Virus record (IMG/VR): IMGVR_UViG_3300037189_013517
Coordinates: 2,391-66,390 of that record
DNA from: a virus
Length of the DNA: 64,000 bases
Strand: one strand, 5' to 3'
Shown: in pieces, positions 9,865 to 18,542 of the stretch
Layout: the number at the start of each line of letters is the position of its first letter
Numbering within the stretch: position 1 is the first letter of the stretch
Position numbers and translations under genes: made by a program
The notes under the pieces: generated by a model
The model's database searches: none
What the model was told of the DNA's origin: nothing
The model's input: the letters and a program-made list of their open reading frames with translations, nothing else

Positions 9865-10548
9865 ATGTCATACAATAAAACTAAAACTGATTCTGAACTT
9901 GGTCGTAACGTTCATGCTTATCTAGTTCATAAGGGAGTAGAAACTCCCACAATTGATACATCTAAATTAGATCGTAAAGATAAAATTGACGAGATCGAAA
10001 AACATTTCGCAGCCATTATGCATGTTCTTGGACTTGATCTAACAGATGATAGCCTAAATGAAACACCTAAACGTGTTGCCAAAATGTATGTTAATGAAAT
10101 ATTTTGGGGTTTAGATTATGACGCATTCCCTAAATGTACAACTGTTGATAATAAAATGGGTTACAATGAAATGGTCGTTGAACGTAATGTCAATGTACAA
10201 AGTAATTGTGAACATCATTTTGTAGTTATTGATGGCGTTGCTACAGTAGCTTATGTACCAAAGAATAAAGTTCTAGGTCTAAGTAAAATTAATCGTATAG
10301 TGGAATATTTTAGTAAGCGTCCTCAGATTCAAGAACGATTAACGGAGCAAATTTTTCATGCATTATGTTTTATACTTGAAACAGATGATGTTGCTGTTTT
10401 AATTGATGCGCAGCATTACTGTGTTAAATCCAGAGGTGTTGAGGACACCGGTAGTTCTACAGTAACAGTTCGTTTAGGTGGCGGATTTAAAAATGATCCT
10501 GCAGCAAGAAATGAATTTTTAAGTATTGCAAGAATGGGTAAATGTTAA
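9865..10548 (+). CDS. folE: GTP cyclohydrolase I
   Basis: ETPKRVAKM, SNCEHHF, GLSKINR, RPQIQERLT, HYCVKSRG; start chosen after AAGGAAGG. Confidence 0.97.
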   Translation: MSYNKTKTDSELGRNVHAYLVHKGVETPTIDTSKLDRKDKIDEIEKHFAAIMHVLGLDLTDDSLNETPKRVAKMYVNEIFWGLDYDAFPKCTTVDNKMGYNEMVVERNVNVQSNCEHHFVVIDGVATVAYVPKNKVLGLSKINRIVEYFSKRPQIQERLTEQIFHALCFILETDDVAVLIDAQHYCVKSRGVEDTGSSTVTVRLGGGFKNDPAARNEFLSIARMGKC

Positions 10549-10549
10549 A

Positions 10550-11074
10550 ATGACTGTAAATGTTATGATTGATCTTGAGACAATGTCCACAAGGTCGAAT
10601 GCCGCAATTTGTTCTATTGGCGCAGTAAAGTTTGCGGGTACTAGAATCTTAGATACCTTTTACTGCACTATTGACATTAAGACTTGTAAAGATGCAGGAT
10701 TCCATATTTCAAAAGATACCGTTAAATGGTGGTCGGAACAAAATAAAGAAGCTCTACGAGAATTAACTAAAAATAATATTCCATTAGATGACGCATTAAC
10801 AAATTTTGAAGCCTGGTTCGGTCCTAAAAGTTTGCCCGTATGGGGAAACGGCGCAGTATTTGATAATACAATTCTTGCTAATGCGTACTTTAATACTGAT
10901 AGAGAACCACCCTGGAAATGTTGGGATGATAGATGTTATAGAACAGTTAAAGCATTGTTCAAATGGATTCCTGCAGATGAAAGAGTAGGAGTTTATCATA
11001 ATGCTTTAGATGATGCGATGCACCAAACTAAACACTTGATTAAAATACTAGGTGATGGGAATGAAAACGTATAA
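10550..11074 (+). CDS. DEDDh 3'-5' exonuclease-family protein
   Basis: MIDLET, WGNGAVFD, HNALDDA motifs. Confidence 0.85.
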   Translation: MTVNVMIDLETMSTRSNAAICSIGAVKFAGTRILDTFYCTIDIKTCKDAGFHISKDTVKWWSEQNKEALRELTKNNIPLDDALTNFEAWFGPKSLPVWGNGAVFDNTILANAYFNTDREPPWKCWDDRCYRTVKALFKWIPADERVGVYHNALDDAMHQTKHLIKILGDGNENV

Positions 11075-12422
11075 ACGAAGAATAGCATTTTGTATTAGTG
11101 ATCAACATCTTGTACCGCATGGCGGCATAGGACAATTTGCTAAAGGTTTTACTGAAATGGCAGTAAAGCTAGGTTGGAAGGTTGATATTATTATGGATAA
11201 ACCTTCAACCAGTCCTATGTCAAAAGTAGTTGAGGACATGGGAGCTAATATTCTCCCTTGTCAAAATCCTATTAGTTATAGTGGGCACACTGGCACATTT
11301 GCTTTTTCAGATTCAATTAATTTTGAAAAGATAATTAATTTTAGAAACGCAATTATGCAAGCATTTCATAATAACATATATGACATGATTGTTTGTAATT
11401 CTAAAGAAGATATGCCTGCAGTATTAGCATTGGATCTAAATAATTATATTCCAGTTGTATTCTATACACACGAAGAAAGTATGGTGTTTAGAGATAGTAG
11501 GAATTTTAAAGGTGTATTTTTAGAATCATGCAATGAATTCTTTAATGAATTGATGACATTGGAAAGTATAAATGTAGGCACACAATCTCAGCGCAATGTA
11601 GATGAGATTAAAAAGAATGGCGGCATCAATGTTAATTTACTTCCTATGCCAATGTCCGAAAGAGATTTACTTGTAGAAAATTATGAAGAACGAAGCGGTG
11701 TTCTTTATATTGGTCGATGGGAACCAAGAAAGAATCCCGAAGCATTTTTAAAAGTAATTGCTGAAACTAAATTACCTGCAAAAATTATTACGAATAGTAA
11801 TGGCGAAAAGAAATTTAAGGCTAGGCTTGAAGAACTAGGCATTACTGATTATGAAATGAAGGTCGGTGTCGTAGGTAAAGAAAAAACGGATTTTATTAAA
11901 TCTGCAAGGGTTCACTATAACCCATCATTTAGAGAAAATTACCCATTTACCTTTTTTGAATGCCTTGGTCACATGCCATGCGTAGTTTTGGATGAGCAAG
12001 ATTGGAGTACAAATTTTGATAGTAAATATTACTTTACTACACCTTCCAGATTAGCATATGATGTGGTTAGAAAAGCATATGATATTTCAGGCAAAGAATG
12101 GTATGAACGAGGCGCACTACAATATATCAAAGGATTGGATTTTAAAACCTCCGACTATTGGAGTAAGTTTTTAAATTCATATAAACCGACTGCACAATCA
12201 AAATCGGATTCGGCAAAAATTAATCAATACGATACTGTTCAATATGCTAAATATATTATAGAACTAAAAAGGACACAACTAGCAATAGATGATGTCAAAT
12301 CTGTATTGACAAATCGACACAAATATAATATACTATATACAGATAAAGATACATACTTATCTAAAGATCCAAACTATATACCGCAAGAAGAAGATAATTC
12401 ATTAGAAAGTTTATTCGCATGA
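11061..12422 (+). CDS. GT-B (GT4-like) glycosyltransferase
   Basis: HGGIGQF, LYIGRWEPRKNP, PSFRENYPFTFFE (ExFxxxxE-like). Confidence 0.8.
   Translation: MKTYKRRIAFCISDQHLVPHGGIGQFAKGFTEMAVKLGWKVDIIMDKPSTSPMSKVVEDMGANILPCQNPISYSGHTGTFAFSDSINFEKIINFRNAIMQAFHNNIYDMIVCNSKEDMPAVLALDLNNYIPVVFYTHEESMVFRDSRNFKGVFLESCNEFFNELMTLESINVGTQSQRNVDEIKKNGGINVNLLPMPMSERDLLVENYEERSGVLYIGRWEPRKNPEAFLKVIAETKLPAKIITNSNGEKKFKARLEELGITDYEMKVGVVGKEKTDFIKSARVHYNPSFRENYPFTFFECLGHMPCVVLDEQDWSTNFDSKYYFTTPSRLAYDVVRKAYDISGKEWYERGALQYIKGLDFKTSDYWSKFLNSYKPTAQSKSDSAKINQYDTVQYAKYIIELKRTQLAIDDVKSVLTNRHKYNILYTDKDTYLSKDPNYIPQEEDNSLESLFA
12306..12334 (+). promoter_or_regulatory. internal sigma70-type promoter upstream of the TGT/DpdA-like gene
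   Basis: TTGACA-N17-TATACT. Confidence 0.55.
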
Positions 12423-13699
12423 GCAGACAATTAGAATATGTTATTTCAGGACCTGCGTATTTACGATTAGGTGCAGAACAATGTAATGATCCTGAGACAT
12501 TACAAATGATTAATAATTTGATTGAGAGTACCGTTCATAATAAAAACAATCATCAGTTTTCTCTTTTGTATAATGGTTTTACTGAAAAGAACTTTGGGCA
12601 CAAACTTCAAAAGTATAGATCGGTAATCAAAAATATTCATGCAGACTCAGGTGGTCTTCAGATTATTACTCGCGGTCTACAAAATACCCCTGAGACAAGA
12701 AATAAGGTATATGAGAATCAGGCTACCTATGCGGATATAGGAATGGCATTTGATGAAATTCCGGTTATAACAACTGGTTCTTCTTCTAAGATTGATACAA
12801 GACGTAGATATGTAGATACTCAAAATTTTGAGAACTATGCTAGACAAACAGGTAAAAATGTAAAAGATCAGATTGAAAAATTTGATACATTAAATAGTAA
12901 GTGTCGCCCATTTGCGATTTTACAGGGTTCAGGATATGACTCCTATAATAAATGGGCAGAATGTATGCTTGAAGAAATACCTAGCAATTTACATCATCGT
13001 ATAGGTGGTGTTGCTATGGGTTCAGCTGCGCTAGGTATGGGACCACTTGAAGATGTTAAACGAGCATTTTATGTTAATGCTGTTCCATTCGAAAGACCTT
13101 TTCATTTACACGTTCTAGGTGTAGGTGCATTGAAACGTATTTTGCCTTATCTATTGTTTAGTCAAACAGGATTATATGAAGGTGTAGATATATCATATGA
13201 TTCAACTACACATTCTATGTCATTAGATAATGGTTTATTTTATTTTTCATTTAGTAAGAAAAATAGTCCAAGTGATTATGGTGGATCTTCAGTAAAGATG
13301 GGAAGACCATATTCCAATATCTATAGAACAGTATCTGAAGAAATTAATAATGTTTGTGGTACAAGCTATGAGCCAGAAGAATTTCATAAACTAATGAATG
13401 TTAGTGTAGGTCAATATATGGAAAACGGTGGCAAGTTTAAAGATGTAATGCAGGCAAGATTAGGATTTATTCTTACTAATGTGCATAATTTTACATATGA
13501 TGTTTCTAATCTTATGAATTCTAAAGACGCATTTTTAAAATTTTGTGCAGCCAAAGGTTGTGAGAATGAGTATTCTACTTTATTTGATGTGAAAACAAAT
13601 GACGATTTTATTCATTGGGAAAAACACGTAGGTAAATATATGGATTCGGAACCTGTGAATACAGTAGCACCTACAACACTTGAGGATTTATTTGCATGA
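12419..13699 (+). CDS. TGT-fold transglycosylase (DpdA-like 7-deazaguanine insertase)
   Basis: ADSGGLQ, MAFDEIP, ILQG, GGVAMG, HLHVLGVG, ISYDSTTH map in order onto TGT catalytic motifs; no obvious CxCxxC zinc site. Confidence 0.78.
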   Translation: MSRQLEYVISGPAYLRLGAEQCNDPETLQMINNLIESTVHNKNNHQFSLLYNGFTEKNFGHKLQKYRSVIKNIHADSGGLQIITRGLQNTPETRNKVYENQATYADIGMAFDEIPVITTGSSSKIDTRRRYVDTQNFENYARQTGKNVKDQIEKFDTLNSKCRPFAILQGSGYDSYNKWAECMLEEIPSNLHHRIGGVAMGSAALGMGPLEDVKRAFYVNAVPFERPFHLHVLGVGALKRILPYLLFSQTGLYEGVDISYDSTTHSMSLDNGLFYFSFSKKNSPSDYGGSSVKMGRPYSNIYRTVSEEINNVCGTSYEPEEFHKLMNVSVGQYMENGGKFKDVMQARLGFILTNVHNFTYDVSNLMNSKDAFLKFCAAKGCENEYSTLFDVKTNDDFIHWEKHVGKYMDSEPVNTVAPTTLEDLFA

Positions 13700-14085
13700 T
13701 TATTAAACAAGACATTCGACCAAACAAAATGATATGGGTAACCTTCCGCAAAGAAGGTATTCATTGTTATCCTGCAGCAGCAACAGATCCTAATCTAGCG
13801 TCAGGTGACGCATATGATGTATCGTTTCTTGCTAATCCTCATAGGCATATCTTTCATTTCAGGGTTTGGATCTCTGTGCAACACAATGATAGGGATATCG
13901 AGTTCATCCAATTCAAAAGATGGTTGGAAAGCATGTATAATAATTCAACACTCAGTTTAGATTATAAGTCATGTGAAATGATGTCGGATGACCTATATGA
14001 AAAAATTGTAGAAAGATATTCAGATAGAGAAATTTGGATTGAAGTATCAGAAGATGGTGAAAATGGTTCGTTCATTAAATATTGA
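13696..14085 (+). CDS. QueD-paralogous T-fold protein, DpdL-like (putative CDG decarboxylase)
   Basis: LANPHRHIF (LxxxHRHxF) in place of the QueD CxxxHGH; SCEMM and EVSEDGENG T-fold ends. Confidence 0.7.
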   Translation: MIIKQDIRPNKMIWVTFRKEGIHCYPAAATDPNLASGDAYDVSFLANPHRHIFHFRVWISVQHNDRDIEFIQFKRWLESMYNNSTLSLDYKSCEMMSDDLYEKIVERYSDREIWIEVSEDGENGSFIKY

Positions 14086-14093
14086 GGATTAAA

Positions 14094-15266
14094 ATGAGAA
14101 AATTATATTACATGGGGTTGGAACCGTATGAAGGTAGATATACTTTACAGTTGCAACAATGGAGCGAAGCTGCATTTAAACGACGTAATATTAACTATGA
14201 AGTTATTCATGGTGATATCTTGGATGACTCGAAAGCTATTGTTACCGGACAAGTATTAGATGCACATGGACGTAGTTATTATTCTTTGACACAAATGGCA
14301 AAGCTTGTAGCAAAGATGAAAGCAGGTGAAGTTCAGCATGACGATGTTGTATTCTTTGAGGATATGTTCACGCCTGGTATGGAAGCATTACCTTATATCA
14401 TGGATCAGATAGATCATGAACATAGACCAAGAGTCTATGTAAGATGCTTGGCACAAACAATTGATCCTGATGACTTTCTGCATGTATGGGGAATGAATGA
14501 TTGGATGGCGGATTATGAGCGTATGGTTAATCATTGGGTATCAGGAGTTCTTGCATCTAATGAAGAAATGGTAGCTCATATGAAAATTGCAGGTTGGAAA
14601 GTTCCTATCTATAATATTTCAGGTCTTGCTTTTGATCAAAATGAAGTTAGAAGTCGTGTAAAGAATATTAAACCATTTGATGAAAGAAAGAATCGAGTAG
14701 TATTCGCTGCAAGATTTGATCAAGAAAAACAACCTGGTTTTTTTATGGAAATGGTAACACATTTTGGAAGAAAATCTAATATTGAATTTGCGGTATTATC
14801 AGGTGGCCCTTTGCGTAGTAATGCTCCCGGTTATATTGATGCGGCAAGAGCTATGCAAGAAGAATATCCTAACTTTAAAATTTATGAGAATTTGAAGAAG
14901 GATGAGTATTATGAAATCTTAGCAGATTCAAAAGTATTATTCAATTGTGCTTTGCAGGATTGGGTAAGTAACACAGCATCAGAAGCAGATGCACTTGGAA
15001 CAAATTGTTTATTCCCCGCATATAGATCATTTCCGGAAACATTTGCTAACGACCCAGAATGCTTATATATTCCTTGGTCATTAGAAGATGCTACAAATAA
15101 ACTAGAATGTTTATTGGAAACACCTAGAGCAGGAATAGGTCAATTGGCAAATTGGACATCTAAAACTATTGACAGATGTTTGGATGTAATGCTTGGCCCA
15201 GATACATTGCAATGGTATAGGGGTACAAATGATTATCGAATGTATGCAGCAGAAACTAAATATTGA
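14094..15266 (+). CDS. GT-B (GT4-like) glycosyltransferase
   Basis: VVFAARFDQEKQP, NCALQDWVSNTASEA, YRSFPE. Confidence 0.78.
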   Translation: MRKLYYMGLEPYEGRYTLQLQQWSEAAFKRRNINYEVIHGDILDDSKAIVTGQVLDAHGRSYYSLTQMAKLVAKMKAGEVQHDDVVFFEDMFTPGMEALPYIMDQIDHEHRPRVYVRCLAQTIDPDDFLHVWGMNDWMADYERMVNHWVSGVLASNEEMVAHMKIAGWKVPIYNISGLAFDQNEVRSRVKNIKPFDERKNRVVFAARFDQEKQPGFFMEMVTHFGRKSNIEFAVLSGGPLRSNAPGYIDAARAMQEEYPNFKIYENLKKDEYYEILADSKVLFNCALQDWVSNTASEADALGTNCLFPAYRSFPETFANDPECLYIPWSLEDATNKLECLLETPRAGIGQLANWTSKTIDRCLDVMLGPDTLQWYRGTNDYRMYAAETKY

Positions 15267-15277
15267 AAGGCAATAAA

Positions 15278-15469
15278 ATGAAAATTTCAGATAAATTAAA
15301 AACAGTAAATAATGAAGTTAGTATCGCAAAATGTGACAATGGATTTATCTTCGAAGTACGAGGAGAAACTCCTGAAGAAAATTGGTCGCATGTTAAAATT
15401 GTCTGCAATAGTTTAGACCAAGTATTTGAACTATTGACAGAGTATTCTAATACGAAATCGAATGATTAA
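15278..15469 (+). CDS. small hypothetical protein
   Basis: ORF bridging the glycosyltransferase and galE; DNGFIFEV motif. Confidence 0.6.
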   Translation: MKISDKLKTVNNEVSIAKCDNGFIFEVRGETPEENWSHVKIVCNSLDQVFELLTEYSNTKSND

Positions 15470-16454
15470 CAGAACAGTTATTGTTACAGGTGCCGCCGGT
15501 TATATCGGCGGTGCCATTTCCATAGAATTGCATAGGCAAGGTTACTATGTGATTGGTGTAGATAGAAGACCTTTACCTGAGCATTTAACAAAATATTTTG
15601 TAAACTTTGTTCAAGATGAATTTAATAGCCCCAAATCTAAATTAGAATTATTAACATTGCCCGCAGCAATTGTGCATTGCGCAGGTACAAGTTTGGTTGA
15701 ACCTAGTGTCAAAAACCCCGAGGAGTACTATGATAATAATGTTTCCAAAACACTTAGTTATATAACAAATGTTAGAAAATATTCTCCTACCACTAAGTTT
15801 ATTTTTAGTAGCAGCGCATCTGTGTATGGCGATCCTGAAACTAATATTTCTATAACTGAGAAAACTCAAACTAAACCAATTTCGCCATATGGCGAATCTA
15901 AACTAATGACGGAGATGATGCTTAAATCTTTTAGAGAAGCGTATGGATTTAAGTCAGTATCATTTAGATATTTTAATGCATGTGGCGCCGTTGCAAATGG
16001 ATCGCATGGACAAGAACCTGAGGCTACTCATATATTCGCAAGGCTATTTGAATCCATCAAAAATAATACTCCCTTTTATTTGTATGGAACAGATTATAAT
16101 ACTGCAGATGGTACTTGTGTCAGAGATTATATTCACGTAACAGATATTGCCAAAGCACATATTTCTGCTATAGAACATAATATAGAAGGAATATATAATA
16201 TAGGATCCTTAACAGGCTATTCTAATTTAGAAATAATTAAAGCAGTTGGAAAGTATTTTGCAAAAAATCTTTCCATAGAAGTAGTAAATAAACGTGAAGG
16301 CGATCCTGCATACTTAATTGCAGATTCAACTAAACTTAAAAATGATGTAAACTGGCAACCTGAAAATACTATAAGTAATATTATTAAAGATTTAGATGAT
16401 TGGTATAACTCAGATAATTATGCTAAGAGGACTAAGGCATTCACCCCTCTATAA
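15462..16454 (+). CDS. galE: UDP-glucose 4-epimerase
   Basis: TGAAGYIG, FSSSASVYG, PYGESK, RYFNACGA, DGTCVRDYIHV. Confidence 0.9.
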   Translation: MINRTVIVTGAAGYIGGAISIELHRQGYYVIGVDRRPLPEHLTKYFVNFVQDEFNSPKSKLELLTLPAAIVHCAGTSLVEPSVKNPEEYYDNNVSKTLSYITNVRKYSPTTKFIFSSSASVYGDPETNISITEKTQTKPISPYGESKLMTEMMLKSFREAYGFKSVSFRYFNACGAVANGSHGQEPEATHIFARLFESIKNNTPFYLYGTDYNTADGTCVRDYIHVTDIAKAHISAIEHNIEGIYNIGSLTGYSNLEIIKAVGKYFAKNLSIEVVNKREGDPAYLIADSTKLKNDVNWQPENTISNIIKDLDDWYNSDNYAKRTKAFTPL

Positions 16455-16470
16455 AAATTCTGCATGTCTT
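16426..16470 (+). promoter_or_regulatory. candidate riboswitch-like H-type pseudoknot upstream of queD
   Basis: AGAGG/CCTCT stem followed by ATAAAAA; loop AAGGCAT pairs with ATGTCTT just before the SD. Confidence 0.5.
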
Positions 16471-16490
16471 GCTTACAAAGGAGACAAAAA

Positions 16491-17009
16491 ATGAAGGTAA
16501 CAGTAACTAGTAAAATTCCAAGAACTTATAAATTTACAAGTACAAAAGAATATCATGACGCATTTCCGTGCGCATATAGACAATGGCGCGCTGATAGTCA
16601 TTGTAATTTAATTCATGGCTATTCATTTAGTATGAAATTTTATTTTGGCACAGACAATTTAGATGTTCGTAATTGGGCTGCTGATTATGGCGGTCTAAAA
16701 GAATTAAAGAAAATTCTTGAAGATCAATTTGATCATACATTACTTGTAGCACAAGATGATCCAGAACTAGAAACATTTAAACTACTACAAGAAAAGAAAA
16801 TGGCTAAACTAACTATACTACCTCGTTTAGGTTGTGAGGGTTTGGCTGATATGCTTTACAAATATGTCAATGGAGTTTATATTCCAGATATGTGGGGTCC
16901 TGGAGAAGCGGAACGGCTATGGTGTTATCGTGTGGAAGTACGCGAAACGCAAAGTAATATGGCATTCCGAGAAGGTCATCGAGAGTGGAATGAGGATTTA
17001 TTTGCTTGA
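16491..17009 (+). CDS. queD: 6-carboxy-5,6,7,8-tetrahydropterin synthase
   Basis: HCNLIHGYS, FDHT, GCEGLA, VEVRET; SD AAGGAG. Confidence 0.9.
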   Translation: MKVTVTSKIPRTYKFTSTKEYHDAFPCAYRQWRADSHCNLIHGYSFSMKFYFGTDNLDVRNWAADYGGLKELKKILEDQFDHTLLVAQDDPELETFKLLQEKKMAKLTILPRLGCEGLADMLYKYVNGVYIPDMWGPGEAERLWCYRVEVRETQSNMAFREGHREWNEDLFA

Positions 17010-17506
17010 AAAATAATATAGCAAAGGGCGTCAATAGTAAAGATGAGCAAATTGGCGAACTAACTGTAGCCTTTATAAATCAAAGTTCTACAGAATATCC
17101 TGTAACGGTAGGCGGGCCTAAGTTTGATCTTGTGCCCGTCACTAAGCAAAAAGATATTATGCTTAACGTTGGCAGAATGTATGCACAACAAGAGTATGAT
17201 AGAATACTGGAACTTGTTAAAGTTTTACAAAAACAAGCAAATCAAATAAAACGAAGATTAGAAATAACAGATGCAGTACATGCTGCAGAATATCAGTTTC
17301 AAGTTTATCATAATCAAATATATTGGTTAGTCTTTGATAGCAAAATAAATAATACTAGATTAACACCAATGGGTCCAAATAGTTGGTCTACAGGTGCCCC
17401 AGAAAATTATGAATATATCGCACGAGTAAAATGGTTAGGCGACTATACTTGGATTGAGGTTGACGAAGAAGGAAATCCTACAGATGAAGCTAGCATTAAT
17501 AACTGA
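17006..17506 (+). CDS. DUF2452-like hypothetical protein
   Basis: YPVTVGGPKF..coiled coil..AEYQFQ...D.TW pattern. Confidence 0.55.
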   Translation: MKNNIAKGVNSKDEQIGELTVAFINQSSTEYPVTVGGPKFDLVPVTKQKDIMLNVGRMYAQQEYDRILELVKVLQKQANQIKRRLEITDAVHAAEYQFQVYHNQIYWLVFDSKINNTRLTPMGPNSWSTGAPENYEYIARVKWLGDYTWIEVDEEGNPTDEASINN

Positions 17507-18542
17507 TACGCACTTCGGAGCAAGATCAGATTCGCAACAATTTGACGCATATTTCAAAAAATTCTATGAGGAAATATTTTTTCCTGAATTAGATAAAAGA
17601 AAAATATCCAACATAATTCATTTAGGTGATTGTTTTGATCGTAGAAAATATGTCAATTTTAATTCTCTAAAATCTTGTAGAGAATATTTCTTTAATGAAA
17701 TTGAAAAGAGAAATATTTGGATGGAAATGATTGTAGGTAATCATGACACATTCTATAAGAATACCAACGATGTGAATTCCCCAGAACTTTTATTAGGTGA
17801 GTATAGTAATATAAAAACCTATGATCGCGCAGAGGTTTCAAAATATACTAATATATTATTTTTGCCTTGGCTTTGTTCTGATAATTTTGCTGAAGCGATT
17901 GAGCTTGTTAGAGATACTAAAGCAAAAATATGTTTTGGGCACTTAGAAATTTCAGGGTTTGTTATGTTCAAAGGACAAACAACGCAGGAATCGCATGATG
18001 GTCTTGACCCTGAGATGTTTAAAAAGTTTGATCTTGTTTGCTCTGGTCATTATCATCATAAGCACAGTAAGGGTAATATACATTATCTAGGTAATCCGTA
18101 TCAAATGTTTTGGAATGATTATGAAGATGAACGAGGATTTCATATTTTTGATACTGAGACATTAGAAATGGAATTTATTAAAAATCCATTTTCTATCTTT
18201 GAAAAATATTATTATGATGAGGACAAAGAAGATCCAAATTCCGTAGATACTGAAATTTTTAGAAATAAGCTGATTAAATTAATTGTGGTCAATAAAAAAG
18301 ACTTTGTTAAGTTTGATAAATTCATAGAAAAAATTTATGCAAAAGAACCAATTGAACTTAAAATTATTGAGGACTTTTCCGAATTTGAGGCAGAAGCAAT
18401 TGACGAATCTATTGACTTAGAAGACACTATGACATTATTATCTAATTATGTTGATAGTGTAGAAACCGATGCAGATAAAGATAGATTAAAAACTCTTCTA
18501 AGAACATTATATGTTGAGGCACAGCATTTTGAGGAAGCATGA
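17484..18542 (+). CDS. gp47: recombination endonuclease subunit (Mre11/SbcD-like)
   Basis: ITDTHFG, HLGDCFDRR, VGNHD, SGHYH. Confidence 0.95.
   Translation: MKLALITDTHFGARSDSQQFDAYFKKFYEEIFFPELDKRKISNIIHLGDCFDRRKYVNFNSLKSCREYFFNEIEKRNIWMEMIVGNHDTFYKNTNDVNSPELLLGEYSNIKTYDRAEVSKYTNILFLPWLCSDNFAEAIELVRDTKAKICFGHLEISGFVMFKGQTTQESHDGLDPEMFKKFDLVCSGHYHHKHSKGNIHYLGNPYQMFWNDYEDERGFHIFDTETLEMEFIKNPFSIFEKYYYDEDKEDPNSVDTEIFRNKLIKLIVVNKKDFVKFDKFIEKIYAKEPIELKIIEDFSEFEAEAIDESIDLEDTMTLLSNYVDSVETDADKDRLKTLLRTLYVEAQHFEEA

Noticed and set aside
9865-10548. folE as a folate-pathway gene
   Set aside because: Its context (queE, queD, TGT-fold protein) indicates deazaguanine synthesis
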